Shown: positions 1 to 9,583, counted from the stretch's first letter. The stretch: 49,902 nucleotides of DNA from Candidatus Iainarchaeum sp. (GCA_021158055.1 JAGGVJ010000013.1:1-49902), one strand, 5' to 3'. Notes: generated by a model from the sequence alone, not told the origin. Numbers and translations: made by a program.

Positions 1-879
1 GACGGCACCGGTTCATTCACGCAGGAATCAATCACGCATTCAATCCCGGTGACTTATTTCAGGGGGAAGGATGCGGCGGACGTTGACAACGACGGCGACG
101 TTGACTTTGTGATGTCAGCCAACATGAGCGGTTCTTCTCTCGGGACCGGAAACCATTACATATGGCTTTTCAGGAACGACGGCAATGCAGACTTTTCAAT
201 TGAGCGGATTTACGTGGGCGCAGTGTCGAATACAGTTGATGCTTACCATCTGACTCTGACAGACTTCAACGAAGATGGGTTTATTGACGTGACTGTGAAA
301 GCGGGCCACTCAAACACCAATGCGCCAATGAAAATTTCGTTCGGCGATGGCACGGGAACTTTTTCAAGTTTTCAAAACGTTCAGTCAAACGGCACGGATG
401 TGCCAAACTATAATTACATGCCGGCAGACAACACTGACTTCAACCACGACGGCCACCAGGACCTTGTGTTCACAAGCTATGACGGAGAACACGCATACTA
501 TATGCCAGGAAACGGAGACGGAACCTTCGGCGCGTACACAGACCTCGGGACAGTAGACAGGCACGGGAATTCAAGAGCGTTGATAATGGGTATTGCTGCT
601 TCAGGGCAGTCCAGTTTGACAGACTATTCAATTGTCATCGGCGACCCGGTTGAGTTTACAGGTGGCTTTAGAGTAACTTTGACTGAGTGCGGCCAGGTCC
701 CTTCTTTGACAGGAACGGTGAGCGTGTATCAAAACGGAGCGCTTGTCGCGGAAGCTGAAACTGATTCGGGAGGCGTTGCAAGGGTTCCTGTTCCGCAGGG
801 AACATATGATGTGAAAGGGTGCCTGACAATAGACAGCGTCCTGAAGTGCAACTGGCGCTATGGCGTTGAATTTTTTTGA
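1..879 (+). CDS. FG-GAP/VCBS repeat surface protein, 5'-truncated by window edge
   Basis: Frame 1 is open from base 1 (DGTGSFTQESITHSIPVTYF...). It has repeated DxDxDGxxD and GxGxGxF motifs (ADVDNDGDVD, TDFNEDGFID, TDFNHDGHQD; GDGTGTF, GNGDGTF). A C-terminal carboxypeptidase-regulatory/Cna-B-like strand follows (ETDSGG...VPQGTYDV). Confidence 0.8.
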   Translation, partial: DGTGSFTQESITHSIPVTYFRGKDAADVDNDGDVDFVMSANMSGSSLGTGNHYIWLFRNDGNADFSIERIYVGAVSNTVDAYHLTLTDFNEDGFIDVTVKAGHSNTNAPMKISFGDGTGTFSSFQNVQSNGTDVPNYNYMPADNTDFNHDGHQDLVFTSYDGEHAYYMPGNGDGTFGAYTDLGTVDRHGNSRALIMGIAASGQSSLTDYSIVIGDPVEFTGGFRVTLTECGQVPSLTGTVSVYQNGALVAEAETDSGGVARVPVPQGTYDVKGCLTIDSVLKCNWRYGVEFF

Positions 880-957
880 AATGTTGTGACTTGCATTTAT
901 CGGAAGAAAATTTGTGTTCACCAGAAGAAGGCATGTATTTGTTGGAAGAAGCAAGCG

Positions 958-1015
958 GTTTTCAGGAAAACCGGCAATCTGATTAATGTTTCAGGAAAAT
1001 CAGCAACCCGATGAT
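958..1015. repeat. Imperfect ~30-bp tandem duplication containing the PRTase stop codon
   Basis: gttttcaggaaaaccggcaatctgatta followed by gtttcaggaaaatcagcaacccgatga. The minus-strand stop (tca, 1000-1002) lies in the gene-proximal copy. Confidence 0.6.
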
Positions 1016-1677
1016 TTGAAGTGCTTGCATCCCTTGAGCTTTTTGTTTTCGTCAAGAAGCTTTTTTACTTCGTTGTCGCTTGTTTGCGGAAAGTTTTGGT
1101 AGAACTGGCCTACGCTGAAAAAATCAGGGGGTGTTTGCAGGCAGATCACTTTTGCACCCGTGTTTTCAAGAAGTTGTTTTGCGTCAGTTGATGAAACGGG
1201 GACTGCAACAAAAACTTTTTTTGCTTTGAGTTTTTTTAGCATTGAAACTGCAACAAGAACAGTTGCGCCTGTTGCAAGCCCGTCGTCAACAACCAGCACG
1301 TTTTTCCCGCAAACCCGCGGAACAGTATCCTGAGCGTATTCCTTTGCTCTTCTTTTTATTTTGTCAACCTGAAAGTTGATTTCGTTTTTTAAGGTGTTTT
1401 CTTTCACGCCAAGCGCTTTTATCAGTTCACTGTTCAGGTAAACAGTCTTGTCAGGGGCAACCGCACCTATTGCAAGCTCCGGGTTTTGAGGGGCCCTGAG
1501 TTTTCTCGTTACAAGCAACCTCATTTCTTTTTTCAGCTCAAGCGCAACCTCAAAAGCTATTGGCACCCCGCCTCTTGGAATTGCCAAAATCAGGGGGTCT
1601 TCAATTTTTTCAGACACAATTTTTTCCGCGAGCAGTTTTCCCGCGTGCTTTTTGTTTTCAAAGACAATGGTGTTTAT
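1000..1677 (-). CDS. Phosphoribosyltransferase family protein (type I PRTase)
   Basis: LAIPRGGVP, RKLRAP..PELAIGAV, PRPP loop VVDDGLATGAT and FFSVGQFY motifs. The family-like N-terminus (IVFENKKHAGKLLAEKI) extends upstream of the GTG at 1617 to ATA 1677 or ATT 1668, so the start is uncertain. Confidence 0.85.
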   Translation of the reverse strand: MNTIVFENKKHAGKLLAEKIVSEKIEDPLILAIPRGGVPIAFEVALELKKEMRLLVTRKLRAPQNPELAIGAVAPDKTVYLNSELIKALGVKENTLKNEINFQVDKIKRRAKEYAQDTVPRVCGKNVLVVDDGLATGATVLVAVSMLKKLKAKKVFVAVPVSSTDAKQLLENTGAKVICLQTPPDFFSVGQFYQNFPQTSDNEVKKLLDENKKLKGCKHFKSSGC

Positions 1678-2621
1678 TCAATCACTTCTTTTTCTTTAAT
1701 GAGTTTTATGAGTTCGCGGATTTTTTTTATGTCTGAGAGTTCTTCCTTGTTTATCACGGCGATTCCGCCGACTGACTGGTTTTTGCAGTTTGAGATAAAC
1801 ATCGCGTTTGATTCAAAAAAATCAGCTGAAGTTCTCATGATCTTTGACTTTCTTGTCATTGCAGGGCGTTTTTCTGCTTCCGAAAAAATGAGTGACGTTT
1901 TGCATTGGGCGTAAGCGTCAAAAGGGGCTTTTTTCAGGTGCATGACATTGAAACCCATGTTTGAAAGCGTTTGAGCGGCTTCGTTTTTTTCATTGTTTTC
2001 GTTTTTTTCAAAGTGTTTGAAACTAATTTTTTGCCTTTCTTTTTCGTCAGAAAACAATTCAAAGTCTGACTGCAAGAAAGAGTCAAGAGTTTTTTCAAGT
2101 TTTTCAAGCACTGAATCTGAAACCATCTGCCTTCCTGATTCATAGCGGTAAACGCTTTCCTTTGATATGCCGATGATGTCGCCGAGTTCCTGCATTGAGT
2201 AGCCTTTTTTTGCGCGCTGTTGTGTGAGTTTCTTTGAATTGATTTCAGAGTAAACCCTGCCGCAAAATGAAAATCTTGAAGGGATTGAACCGTTTTCAAG
2301 AATGGATTTGAATGTCGTGAGGTTTATTGTCGGGATTTCGTATCTTTCGTAAATGGTGTTGTCTTCAAGCATGTTGTCTTTTGTCCTTACCCCGACTATT
2401 ACCGGCTCTGTAGAATCCTGTATTACTGACGCAAGTTTTTTTAGCTCGTTTGACTGGTTTTCCCGCAGGCTGTCAACGTTTCCGAGAACCTTGATCAAAA
2501 GCAGGGATTTCTTTTGTCTTGCCGCAATGTCAAAACAGGATTTCATGTTTGAATAAATGGCTACCTGGTAACCGAACTTTAAAAGCGTTTTTTCAACTTC
2601 AAGCGCAACAAATTCTTTCAA
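1674..2621 (-). CDS. Archaeal HTH transcriptional regulator (COG1395-like, XRE-type HTH)
   Basis: N-terminal CFDIAAR..LLIKVLGNVDSL motif, LEDNTIYERY, and HTH SMQELGDIIGISKESVYRYESG. Start placed at TTG 2621, 5 nt after a GGTGA SD; the ORF track starts at 2654. Confidence 0.85.
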   Translation of the reverse strand: MKEFVALEVEKTLLKFGYQVAIYSNMKSCFDIAARQKKSLLLIKVLGNVDSLRENQSNELKKLASVIQDSTEPVIVGVRTKDNMLEDNTIYERYEIPTINLTTFKSILENGSIPSRFSFCGRVYSEINSKKLTQQRAKKGYSMQELGDIIGISKESVYRYESGRQMVSDSVLEKLEKTLDSFLQSDFELFSDEKERQKISFKHFEKNENNEKNEAAQTLSNMGFNVMHLKKAPFDAYAQCKTSLIFSEAEKRPAMTRKSKIMRTSADFFESNAMFISNCKNQSVGGIAVINKEELSDIKKIRELIKLIKEKEVIE

Positions 2622-2640
2622 ACCATTCACCTGTAAATTT

Positions 2641-3513
2641 TCAAAACACGGCACCGATCAGAAAAGCAATTAATGCAGTAAGCATTGATATCTTTGAATA
2701 CTTGCTTGATCTGATTAAGTTTTCCTGTTTTTTATTTTCATGTTTTTCAGGTTTTAACAAAAGGTACACAGTGTATATGAACCCGGTGTCGGCAACCAGT
2801 ACCGCATAAATGAAAACATCGTTGAATAAATTGAGAGTTACCGGAATGATGCTGAAAATGATTGCGGCAGCGTAAAAGAGAACGATTGTCGCAGTGATTT
2901 CTTGTTTTGAAGCAAGCATTGCAAGAGTTTTTTTGTTGCCCTTGTCTGCCTGGACGTCTTCCAGGTCCTTTGTGATTTCCCTTCCGAGATTGGCGAAAAA
3001 AGCGCAGGAAGCAACCAGTACCAGCGGGGCGTTGATTTGCCCGAGAACGATTCCCCCGTATATCAGGGATGCCGCGGTCAGCGACGCAACGACAAAGTTC
3101 CCGGCCACCTTGAACTGCGGTTTTGCAGCGTAAGCGAAAAGCAGGACAGAAGCGATTGCTGCTATTGCGAAAGCAGTTAAGCTGATAAAAAGCGACAAAA
3201 CGGTGCCGGTTAAAAAAAGGGCAATCGAGTAGTTTTTCACGAAAGGCGCGCTGAGTTTTCCAAGCACAATCGGGTTGTTTGTTGTTTTTTTCCTTGCGTC
3301 GGTTTTCCTGTCAAAATAGTCGTTTACAGCCATTCCCGCGCCGCTTATTAAAAAAACAACAATGCATCCGGTAAAAAGTTGCGGGGTAAAGATAAGTTTT
3401 CCACCTGAAATAAGGAACCCTAAAACAGTGGCTGCTGTGGCCATGAATGAGTTTCCGGGCCGCAGTATGCTTATGGCAGGTGGGGAAAGTTTTAATTGTC
3501 TTTTTAATTTCAT
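2641..3513 (-). CDS. Digeranylgeranylglyceryl phosphate synthase (UbiA family)
   Basis: ILRPGN, NDYFDRKTD and REITKDLEDVQAD..K.TL motifs with multiple TM helices. ATG 3513 overlaps the rpl40e stop (ATGA). Confidence 0.85.
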   Translation of the reverse strand: MKLKRQLKLSPPAISILRPGNSFMATAATVLGFLISGGKLIFTPQLFTGCIVVFLISGAGMAVNDYFDRKTDARKKTTNNPIVLGKLSAPFVKNYSIALFLTGTVLSLFISLTAFAIAAIASVLLFAYAAKPQFKVAGNFVVASLTAASLIYGGIVLGQINAPLVLVASCAFFANLGREITKDLEDVQADKGNKKTLAMLASKQEITATIVLFYAAAIIFSIIPVTLNLFNDVFIYAVLVADTGFIYTVYLLLKPEKHENKKQENLIRSSKYSKISMLTALIAFLIGAVF

Positions 3514-3674
3514 TTCCTTGATTCCGCTGCTTTTTTGCGAAGCTGTGTCGAATGGCATTTCCTGCACCTGTCTGGTTTTGAGCCGGTGTTTCCACACCTG
3601 TTTTTGTGGTTGCATGCGTTGCACACCCATATTCCTTTGAATTTTCTGTTCATGGCTTCTTCGAATTTTGCCAT
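3510..3674 (-). CDS. rpl40e: 50S ribosomal protein L40e
   Basis: Hand-translated 54 aa: MAKFEEAMNRKFKGIWVCNACNHKNRCGNTGSKPDRCRKCHSTQLRKKAAESRK. Has CxxC...CRKC zinc ribbon and LRxK, with a GAGGTGA SD 5 nt upstream. Absent from the ORF track because of its size. Confidence 0.9.
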   Translation of the reverse strand: MAKFEEAMNRKFKGIWVCNACNHKNRCGNTGSKPDRCRKCHSTQLRKKAAESRK

Positions 3675-3992
3675 TGTTTTCACCTCAAGAATAAATCATA
3701 AATATTTTTTGTATAAACTGGTAATCAATGCTGTTTGATGCTAAGAATTTGACAGGCAGTGATTTGCCGGGTTAAATTGATGATGATTATTTGTCTTACT
3801 TATCTATTTTACATATTATCTCTTTCTTTATATATAATTATTGCGAGCGCTGTTAGATATGCCACTGCAGTATATAAAAATAGCGTGTTTTTGCTGTAAA
3901 ATAGGGGTGTGTTTTGGTTGTTTGGTTATATTTATTAAGTAACTGGCATTTTATTTGTCAGGCGTGTTTATCCAAGGAACAGGGGATGCATT

Positions 3993-4649
3993 ATGGTTGA
4001 AAACATTCGCGAGGGAAAATTCAATTTAGTCGGGCTGATCAAGGGAACAAGTACGCCGGGGAAGTTTTACCGTGTGTTTTCGCGGCTTTCGAACGTTTTT
4101 CTGATCCCCTTGCACGCGTTCATGGCGTACCTTTTTATGTGGTTTACTTTGGGGCTTGCGACTCTTTTTTTCCCGCAGATAAACCCGGTGTATTTGTTAC
4201 TGACTTTTGAACCGATAGTGAACGGTATTTTTGGGATGACAGGAAATCCTTTGATTTTGATTCCGTGCATCACTCTTGTGTTCATGATTCACGAAATGGG
4301 CCATGCTACTGCAGCGCTCGGATTCAACAGGAGCGTTCCTTATATCCTGTGCATGGGCGTTTACGGGAAATATTTTCCGGTGATTGCAGCATACATTAAA
4401 GGGGAAGAAAAAGAGTTTTCAAAAAAAGAACTTTTTTCAATTTACAACGGCGGGAATTTATCTGTTTTTCTGGCGCTTGCTGTGTCTTTTCTCGTATCCT
4501 TTTTTTTGCCGGGAAACCCGTTTACTTCTACTTTTTCCTTTTCTGCCATGGCTGTCCTTGCCTTTAACGTGCTTCCCTTTTCCGGAACTGACACTTACCG
4601 CATATTGACTTATGACTGGGAAGAAAAAAATGTGCTTGTTACAGTGTAA
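3993..4649 (+). CDS. Site-2 protease (M50)-like membrane zinc metalloprotease
   Basis: HEMGH in a hydrophobic segment plus FNVLPFSGTD, resembling the NxxPxxxxDG motif; several TM helices. Confidence 0.7.
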   Translation: MVENIREGKFNLVGLIKGTSTPGKFYRVFSRLSNVFLIPLHAFMAYLFMWFTLGLATLFFPQINPVYLLLTFEPIVNGIFGMTGNPLILIPCITLVFMIHEMGHATAALGFNRSVPYILCMGVYGKYFPVIAAYIKGEEKEFSKKELFSIYNGGNLSVFLALAVSFLVSFFLPGNPFTSTFSFSAMAVLAFNVLPFSGTDTYRILTYDWEEKNVLVTV

Positions 4650-4739
4650 TTTTTAGATACGGCGTAAGCGCGGTTCTTAAGACATGTTAATTGGCCTAAA
4701 CCGTTAATTGTTGTTTGGCCTTAAAACGGTTGACCGCTG

Positions 4740-5009
4740 TCAGTCAATTACCTGTTCAATGTTCCTGTAAATATAGTAAGAGCCTGCAAAGAATAACATG
4801 GAGAAGATGAAAAACAAGGAGATCATTGCGTTTGTCTGAAGGATGAAGCTCTCCTGAAACACCATTGATTTCATTGCGAGTTCTGCCTGTTGCGCTGAAA
4901 ACCATTGAATTGACTGCAGTCCGATTGTAAGAAAAAGAAAGCTGATTGTAAGGAATTCACCTGTGAATATGTTCCGAATCATTTTTTTGCTTAATGGAAA
5001 ATCGCTCAT
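4740..5009 (-). CDS. Small membrane protein (two TM helices), unknown function
   Basis: 89-aa ATG ORF with two hydrophobic stretches, filling an otherwise empty gap. Confidence 0.6.
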   Translation of the reverse strand: MSDFPLSKKMIRNIFTGEFLTISFLFLTIGLQSIQWFSAQQAELAMKSMVFQESFILQTNAMISLFFIFSMLFFAGSYYIYRNIEQVID

Positions 5010-5104
5010 ACTGCAATTTAAGTGAGTTTTTGTTTTTATTCTTTTGCATGTTTTTTTGTTTTTTCATCAAAAGCAATATAAATTATGTGGAACTTAGTGG
5101 TTTC

Positions 5105-5659
5105 ATGGCAGGAGAAAATGACACTGGCAGTGACTATGTAAGCGGTTCCATAAAGTTTTCGTCAGATGTTGAAAAAGAAAGGATAAAAGAGGAAAAATCA
5201 AGGCAGACGAAAAAAACCCTGAAAAAAATTTCTCTTGTACTGGTTGTCGTGTTTGTTTTGGCACTTGCCGGGGGAGTGATTTACCTGTTTGCAACAGATT
5301 CTCCGGTGCTTGATTTTATTGACTTTGTCCTTGATGGAAAAAAGGATTTGAATGGAGAAAGCGAGAGGTGCACTTCGCCTGAATGTTTTCTTCCCGCGTT
5401 AAAGCAATGCACCAGCGGTTTCACGTACAGTTTTGTTTCAGAGCAGGGAAATTTTTCTGAAAGCGCAAGGATTCTTTCAAAAACAAATGACTTGTGCAAA
5501 GTGAGTGTTTTAGTTGAAGACAACGGAAAAAAATTCAAGGGCCTGTGTTTTTTCCCTGACGAGTTCAAGCCATATAAAGTGAAGGCAGATCCGGCTTCAA
5601 TGGAACTGATTTGCAAAAGCAGGTTTAGTTACTTTTTTTCACCTGAAAAGTCAGCTTAA
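5105..5659 (+). CDS. Single-TM membrane-anchored protein with Cys-rich C-terminal domain
   Basis: ATG 5105 (MAGEND), a basic stretch, one TM helix, then a domain with six Cys. The ORF-track start at 4994 overlaps the divergent gene. Confidence 0.7.
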   Translation: MAGENDTGSDYVSGSIKFSSDVEKERIKEEKSRQTKKTLKKISLVLVVVFVLALAGGVIYLFATDSPVLDFIDFVLDGKKDLNGESERCTSPECFLPALKQCTSGFTYSFVSEQGNFSESARILSKTNDLCKVSVLVEDNGKKFKGLCFFPDEFKPYKVKADPASMELICKSRFSYFFSPEKSA

Positions 5660-5669
5660 CTCTCAAAAT

Positions 5670-6416
5670 TTACCTTGATATTTTTTTCCAAAGGTGAGAG
5701 AAGTCCTGCGGCCTGTTCAAGAAGTCAAGTAAGACAGGATTTTTGTGTATTATTTCGTACATTAGCTTGTCTTTTTCAAGTCCCGGGGCAGAAAAATCAG
5801 TTGCTCTGCAAACCTGTGGTTCCGGGTAATTTGAATAAGCAGGGTTTTCAATCCACTTATTTCCTTTTACAAGATAGTAAGCAATACCGTGAAGGTTTTT
5901 TATGGGTTCGTAGTTTGAACTGAACTTGCTTGAGACCCAGTTTGCCATGATAAGGGTTTTGTTGCATGTGTTAATGGTTACGTGGGCGTAATTTGGAGGG
6001 ATTAAAACATGGTCTCCTGCTTTGGCGTGAATTATTTTAAAATCTGCGACTTTGCTGGACTCATTTTCATCAATTTTTTGCAGGGTGTAAACTGCTTCTC
6101 CTTCAAGCACTTCGTAAACTTCTGTGAACGAAAGGTCGGTTCCCGGCACTTTGGGGTGGTAGTGCCCGGCTGTTTTTACATATTCTTTCCCGAGCATGAA
6201 CGGGGGGATAACAGTTATGTCAAACCGCAGGTTGTTTTTTTCAATCTTTTTCAGGTCTTCGCGCGATTTTGACACGTTCCTGTACATGTAATAAAGTTCA
6301 TGGTCTTCTTTTTGGGATTTGAGCCAGTCAGTGTCAAACAAGACGTCTTTCATTTCTGACACATGCCGGATTCCGGGCGTGATTTTTGAAAGGTTGAAAC
6401 CAGAAACGATACCCAT
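5670..6416 (-). CDS. pgiA: Glucose-6-phosphate isomerase, cupin type (archaeal PGI)
   Basis: LYYMYR, RFDITVIPP, KTAGHYHP, EVYEVLEG, IPPNYAHVTIN and SSNYEPI motifs. Confidence 0.88.
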   Translation of the reverse strand: MGIVSGFNLSKITPGIRHVSEMKDVLFDTDWLKSQKEDHELYYMYRNVSKSREDLKKIEKNNLRFDITVIPPFMLGKEYVKTAGHYHPKVPGTDLSFTEVYEVLEGEAVYTLQKIDENESSKVADFKIIHAKAGDHVLIPPNYAHVTINTCNKTLIMANWVSSKFSSNYEPIKNLHGIAYYLVKGNKWIENPAYSNYPEPQVCRATDFSAPGLEKDKLMYEIIHKNPVLLDFLNRPQDFSHLWKKISR

Positions 6417-6544
6417 GCAGACACATAGTCAAACATTATTTATAAAAGCAACTGGTTAGTTAAAACCGATTAACGGTAGTTAAAAAATTAATTAAGCCAG
6501 TAACAAACAACAATTATTTAAATAAATGCTGTGTTTGTTTTTGT

Positions 6545-7492
6545 ATGATTGATGTTTTTTCGCTTACATCAAAGGAAGTGACAAATGTTTCACTGGAAAA
6601 GTTGTCTTCAAGGCACGATTCAGTGGTGTTTGCGGAGTCACCTTCAAAAGAAGAGATTGACTTGCTTTCAGGGTCATTGAACATAAGCAAAGACGACATT
6701 CTTGAAGCATCCGGAAAGTACACAAGGCCCAAAGTGGATGAAAACGATGAAACAACATACTTTCTTTTTGCAGCAGCAGGCGAAGTGAACTCAACAAAAC
6801 CGGTTTCTGTCGGGGTTTTTTTGCAGAAGAAACTTTTGCTGGTTGTTTCAAAGGAAAAAATACATTTAGTTAGCAAGGTAAAGGACTCTCTTGAAAAAAA
6901 CAAGTATGAAAAGGAATGGAAGTCAGAGGGGCTTTCGTTTTTTGTGTTCCGGTTTTTGGACGGGTTTGTTGAAAGTTTTTTTCCGGCAATTGAAAGGATA
7001 GATGATGAAATTGAAGTGGTTGAAAAAAAAGTTTTGCACAGCCCTTCAAAATCAATTGTTGAAAAAATATTTGCCCTTAAAAAAAAGCTGATATTTCTTC
7101 ACAAGGCATTTGTCGCAAACCGCGAGGTTTTGATGTCAATTGAGAAAGGGTACGTTTCCGTTTTGAACAAAAAAACTGTTTTGCGTTTCAAGGACACGTA
7201 TTATGACATAAACCAGCTGATTGACATTGAAGAGACATACCGCGACATAGTCACGAGTGCTTTTGACATTTACCTTTCAATGGTTTCAAACGACATGAAT
7301 GTCGTGATGAAAAAGATAACTGTAATCGGCGCAATTTTGCTTGTCCCGACCCTCATTTCAGGGATTTACGGCATGAACTTTGATTTTATCCCGTTTGACC
7401 GCCACCCGCTTGGTTTTTACATGACTGTTTTTGGAATGGCACTTATTTTTGTTGTGATGTATTATTATTCAAGAGTCAAAAACTGGATATGA
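6545..7492 (+). CDS. corA: CorA family Mg2+/Co2+ transporter
   Basis: GIYGMNF signature between two C-terminal TM helices; MNVVMKKIT. Confidence 0.92.
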   Translation: MIDVFSLTSKEVTNVSLEKLSSRHDSVVFAESPSKEEIDLLSGSLNISKDDILEASGKYTRPKVDENDETTYFLFAAAGEVNSTKPVSVGVFLQKKLLLVVSKEKIHLVSKVKDSLEKNKYEKEWKSEGLSFFVFRFLDGFVESFFPAIERIDDEIEVVEKKVLHSPSKSIVEKIFALKKKLIFLHKAFVANREVLMSIEKGYVSVLNKKTVLRFKDTYYDINQLIDIEETYRDIVTSAFDIYLSMVSNDMNVVMKKITVIGAILLVPTLISGIYGMNFDFIPFDRHPLGFYMTVFGMALIFVVMYYYSRVKNWI

Positions 7493-7726
7493 TCGCCCGG
7501 GTTTGAGCATGTTCCATGCGCGTTTTTTGTTAGAGTTCATGCGCATTTTTTGCTGAACCGTTTTGTCTATCAGAATATCAGAAAAACCTATTAATGTTTC
7601 TTGCATTTAATAATTACAATTACATTTACAGGTATTTTCAATAATTTTCAGTAAAATACAGGTGTTTTTCACAAATATCGCAAAAAGTGCCCAAAGCACA
7701 ATAAAAATAAAGTATAAGGTGTTGAA

Positions 7727-9472
7727 ATGAAGTTCGCGTCGGTTGCGCATGCATTTGAAAAAATAGAGTTTATTTCCTCGCGCCTTGAAATAACAGGCAT
7801 ACTTGCAGAGTTGTTTTCAAAGGCTGAAAAAGAAGAAATAGGAAATCTTATGTACCTTTGCCAGGGAAGCGTCGCCCCGAAATTTAAGGGTGTTGACATC
7901 GGCATGGGGGAAAAGCTCGTGGAGTCGGCCATTGCTTCTGCCATGGGGTTTTCCAAAAGAGAAGTCGAGGAATTGTATTTTAAACTCGGTGATTTGGGCC
8001 TGGTGTCAATGGAGCTTGCTTCCCAAAGGAAACAACGGTCCCTTTTTTCACGGGAGCTTTCAATCAACGAAGTTTATTCAAGCATGATGAAGATTGCAAC
8101 TTCGGGGGGTTCAGGTTCACAGGACCTCAAAATAAAAGTTCTTGTCGACCTGCTTGGAAACGCGAGTCCTGTTGAAGCAAAGTTTTTGACGCGGTTTCCG
8201 GTCGGGGCCATGAGGCTTGGGGTCGGCGACCCGACAATCCTTGACGCCTTGAGTATCAGGGCAGCCGGCGATAAATCACTTAGGGAAACAATTGAAAGAG
8301 CATACAACCTGCGCTCAGACCTTGGCCTTGTTGCAACGATTCTTTTTGAAAAAGGGATTGAAGGCCTCAAGGGAATAAATGTTGAAGCAGGTGTTCCTCT
8401 CCGCCCCGCGCTTGGAGAACGCCTTCCGTCAGCACAGGAGATAATCAAAAAACTTGGAAAATGCGCGGTTGAGGGAAAATACGACGGGCTCCGCTGTCAG
8501 CTGCATAAAAAAGGAGATGAGATAACTCTTTTTTCAAGAAAACTTGAAAACATCACTTCAATGTTTCCGGAAGTCGTCGCCGCGGGAAAAAAGCTGAATG
8601 CAAAAGAGTTGATCATTGAAGGCGAGGCGCTTGCGTTTAATCCGGCGACAGAAGAGTTTTATCCCTTTCAGGTCACGATACAGCGGAAACGCAAGTACGG
8701 CATTGAAAAAATGTCTGAGGACCTGCCCTTGTCACTTGTGGTTTTTGATGTCATACTCATTGACGGCACTGACTGCACAGTGAAGCCGTACAGTGAAAGA
8801 AGAAAAATAATCGAGTCCCTGATAGAGGAGAACAACACATTTAAGCTGAGCAGGCAGATCATTACTGACAGCGCTGAAAAAATAAATGAGTTTTTTGAAG
8901 TTTGCCTTGAAGCAGGGCTTGAAGGGGTAATGGCAAAGGATCTCAGCGCGCAATATACTGCAGGAAAGCGAAAGTTTGCGTGGGTGAAGCTTAAGAGGTC
9001 TTACAAGGGAGAGCTGGCAGACACTATTGATGCGGTGATTCTTGGCTTGTTTGTAGGCAAAGGCAAAAAAGTTAAGTTTGGTTACAGTGCTTTTCTTTGC
9101 GGGGTGCTTGATCCTGAGAAAGACGTGTTCAGGACAATCTGCAAGGTAAGTTCGGGTTTAAGCGAGGAAGAACTCATTGGGATAAACCAGCTTATCAAAA
9201 AAGACATTGTTTCAGTTAAGCCGAAAGAAATTGAAAGTGAAATTGAACCCGATGCCTGGGTTGTCCCAAGGTATGTGTTTGAGCTGACTGCCGACGAAAT
9301 AACTGTTTCCCCGGTCCACACCTGCGGGCGAAACACCAAAAGCGGTTATGCACTCAGGTTTCCAAGGATAAAAGGCGGTCTGCGTTTTGACAAGGACCCG
9401 TCTTCTGCCACAACTGAAAAAGAAGTGATTGACATGTACAAAATGCAGTCAAGCGTTGAAGTGCAGGATTGA
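7727..9472 (+). CDS. lig: ATP-dependent DNA ligase
   Basis: Motif I EGKYDGLR, plus EGE, FDVI, EGVMAK, WVKLK and LRFPR, with the N-terminal DNA-binding domain. Confidence 0.97.
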   Translation: MKFASVAHAFEKIEFISSRLEITGILAELFSKAEKEEIGNLMYLCQGSVAPKFKGVDIGMGEKLVESAIASAMGFSKREVEELYFKLGDLGLVSMELASQRKQRSLFSRELSINEVYSSMMKIATSGGSGSQDLKIKVLVDLLGNASPVEAKFLTRFPVGAMRLGVGDPTILDALSIRAAGDKSLRETIERAYNLRSDLGLVATILFEKGIEGLKGINVEAGVPLRPALGERLPSAQEIIKKLGKCAVEGKYDGLRCQLHKKGDEITLFSRKLENITSMFPEVVAAGKKLNAKELIIEGEALAFNPATEEFYPFQVTIQRKRKYGIEKMSEDLPLSLVVFDVILIDGTDCTVKPYSERRKIIESLIEENNTFKLSRQIITDSAEKINEFFEVCLEAGLEGVMAKDLSAQYTAGKRKFAWVKLKRSYKGELADTIDAVILGLFVGKGKKVKFGYSAFLCGVLDPEKDVFRTICKVSSGLSEEELIGINQLIKKDIVSVKPKEIESEIEPDAWVVPRYVFELTADEITVSPVHTCGRNTKSGYALRFPRIKGGLRFDKDPSSATTEKEVIDMYKMQSSVEVQD

Positions 9473-9583
9473 ATCAGATTGTATCTGCATGCGGAACCAG
9501 ATCAGCGTGTATGTGTGTATGCGGGAATCAAATCAGTGTATGTGTGTATGCGGGTATGCGGGAATCAAATCAGTGTGTATGTG
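9463..9583. repeat. Degenerate ~29-30-bp tandem repeat (~4 copies) starting across the lig stop codon
   Basis: Units gcaggattgaatcagattgtatctgcat / gcggaaccagatcagcgtgtatgtgtgtat / gcgggaatcaaatcagtgtatgtgtgtat / (gcgggtat) / gcgggaatcaaatcagtgtgtatgtg. Confidence 0.75.

Noticed and set aside
3514-3630. N-terminal extension of DGGGPS in the ORF track
   Set aside because: It is an alternate-frame reading of rpl40e; the ATGA overlap marks 3513 as the start.
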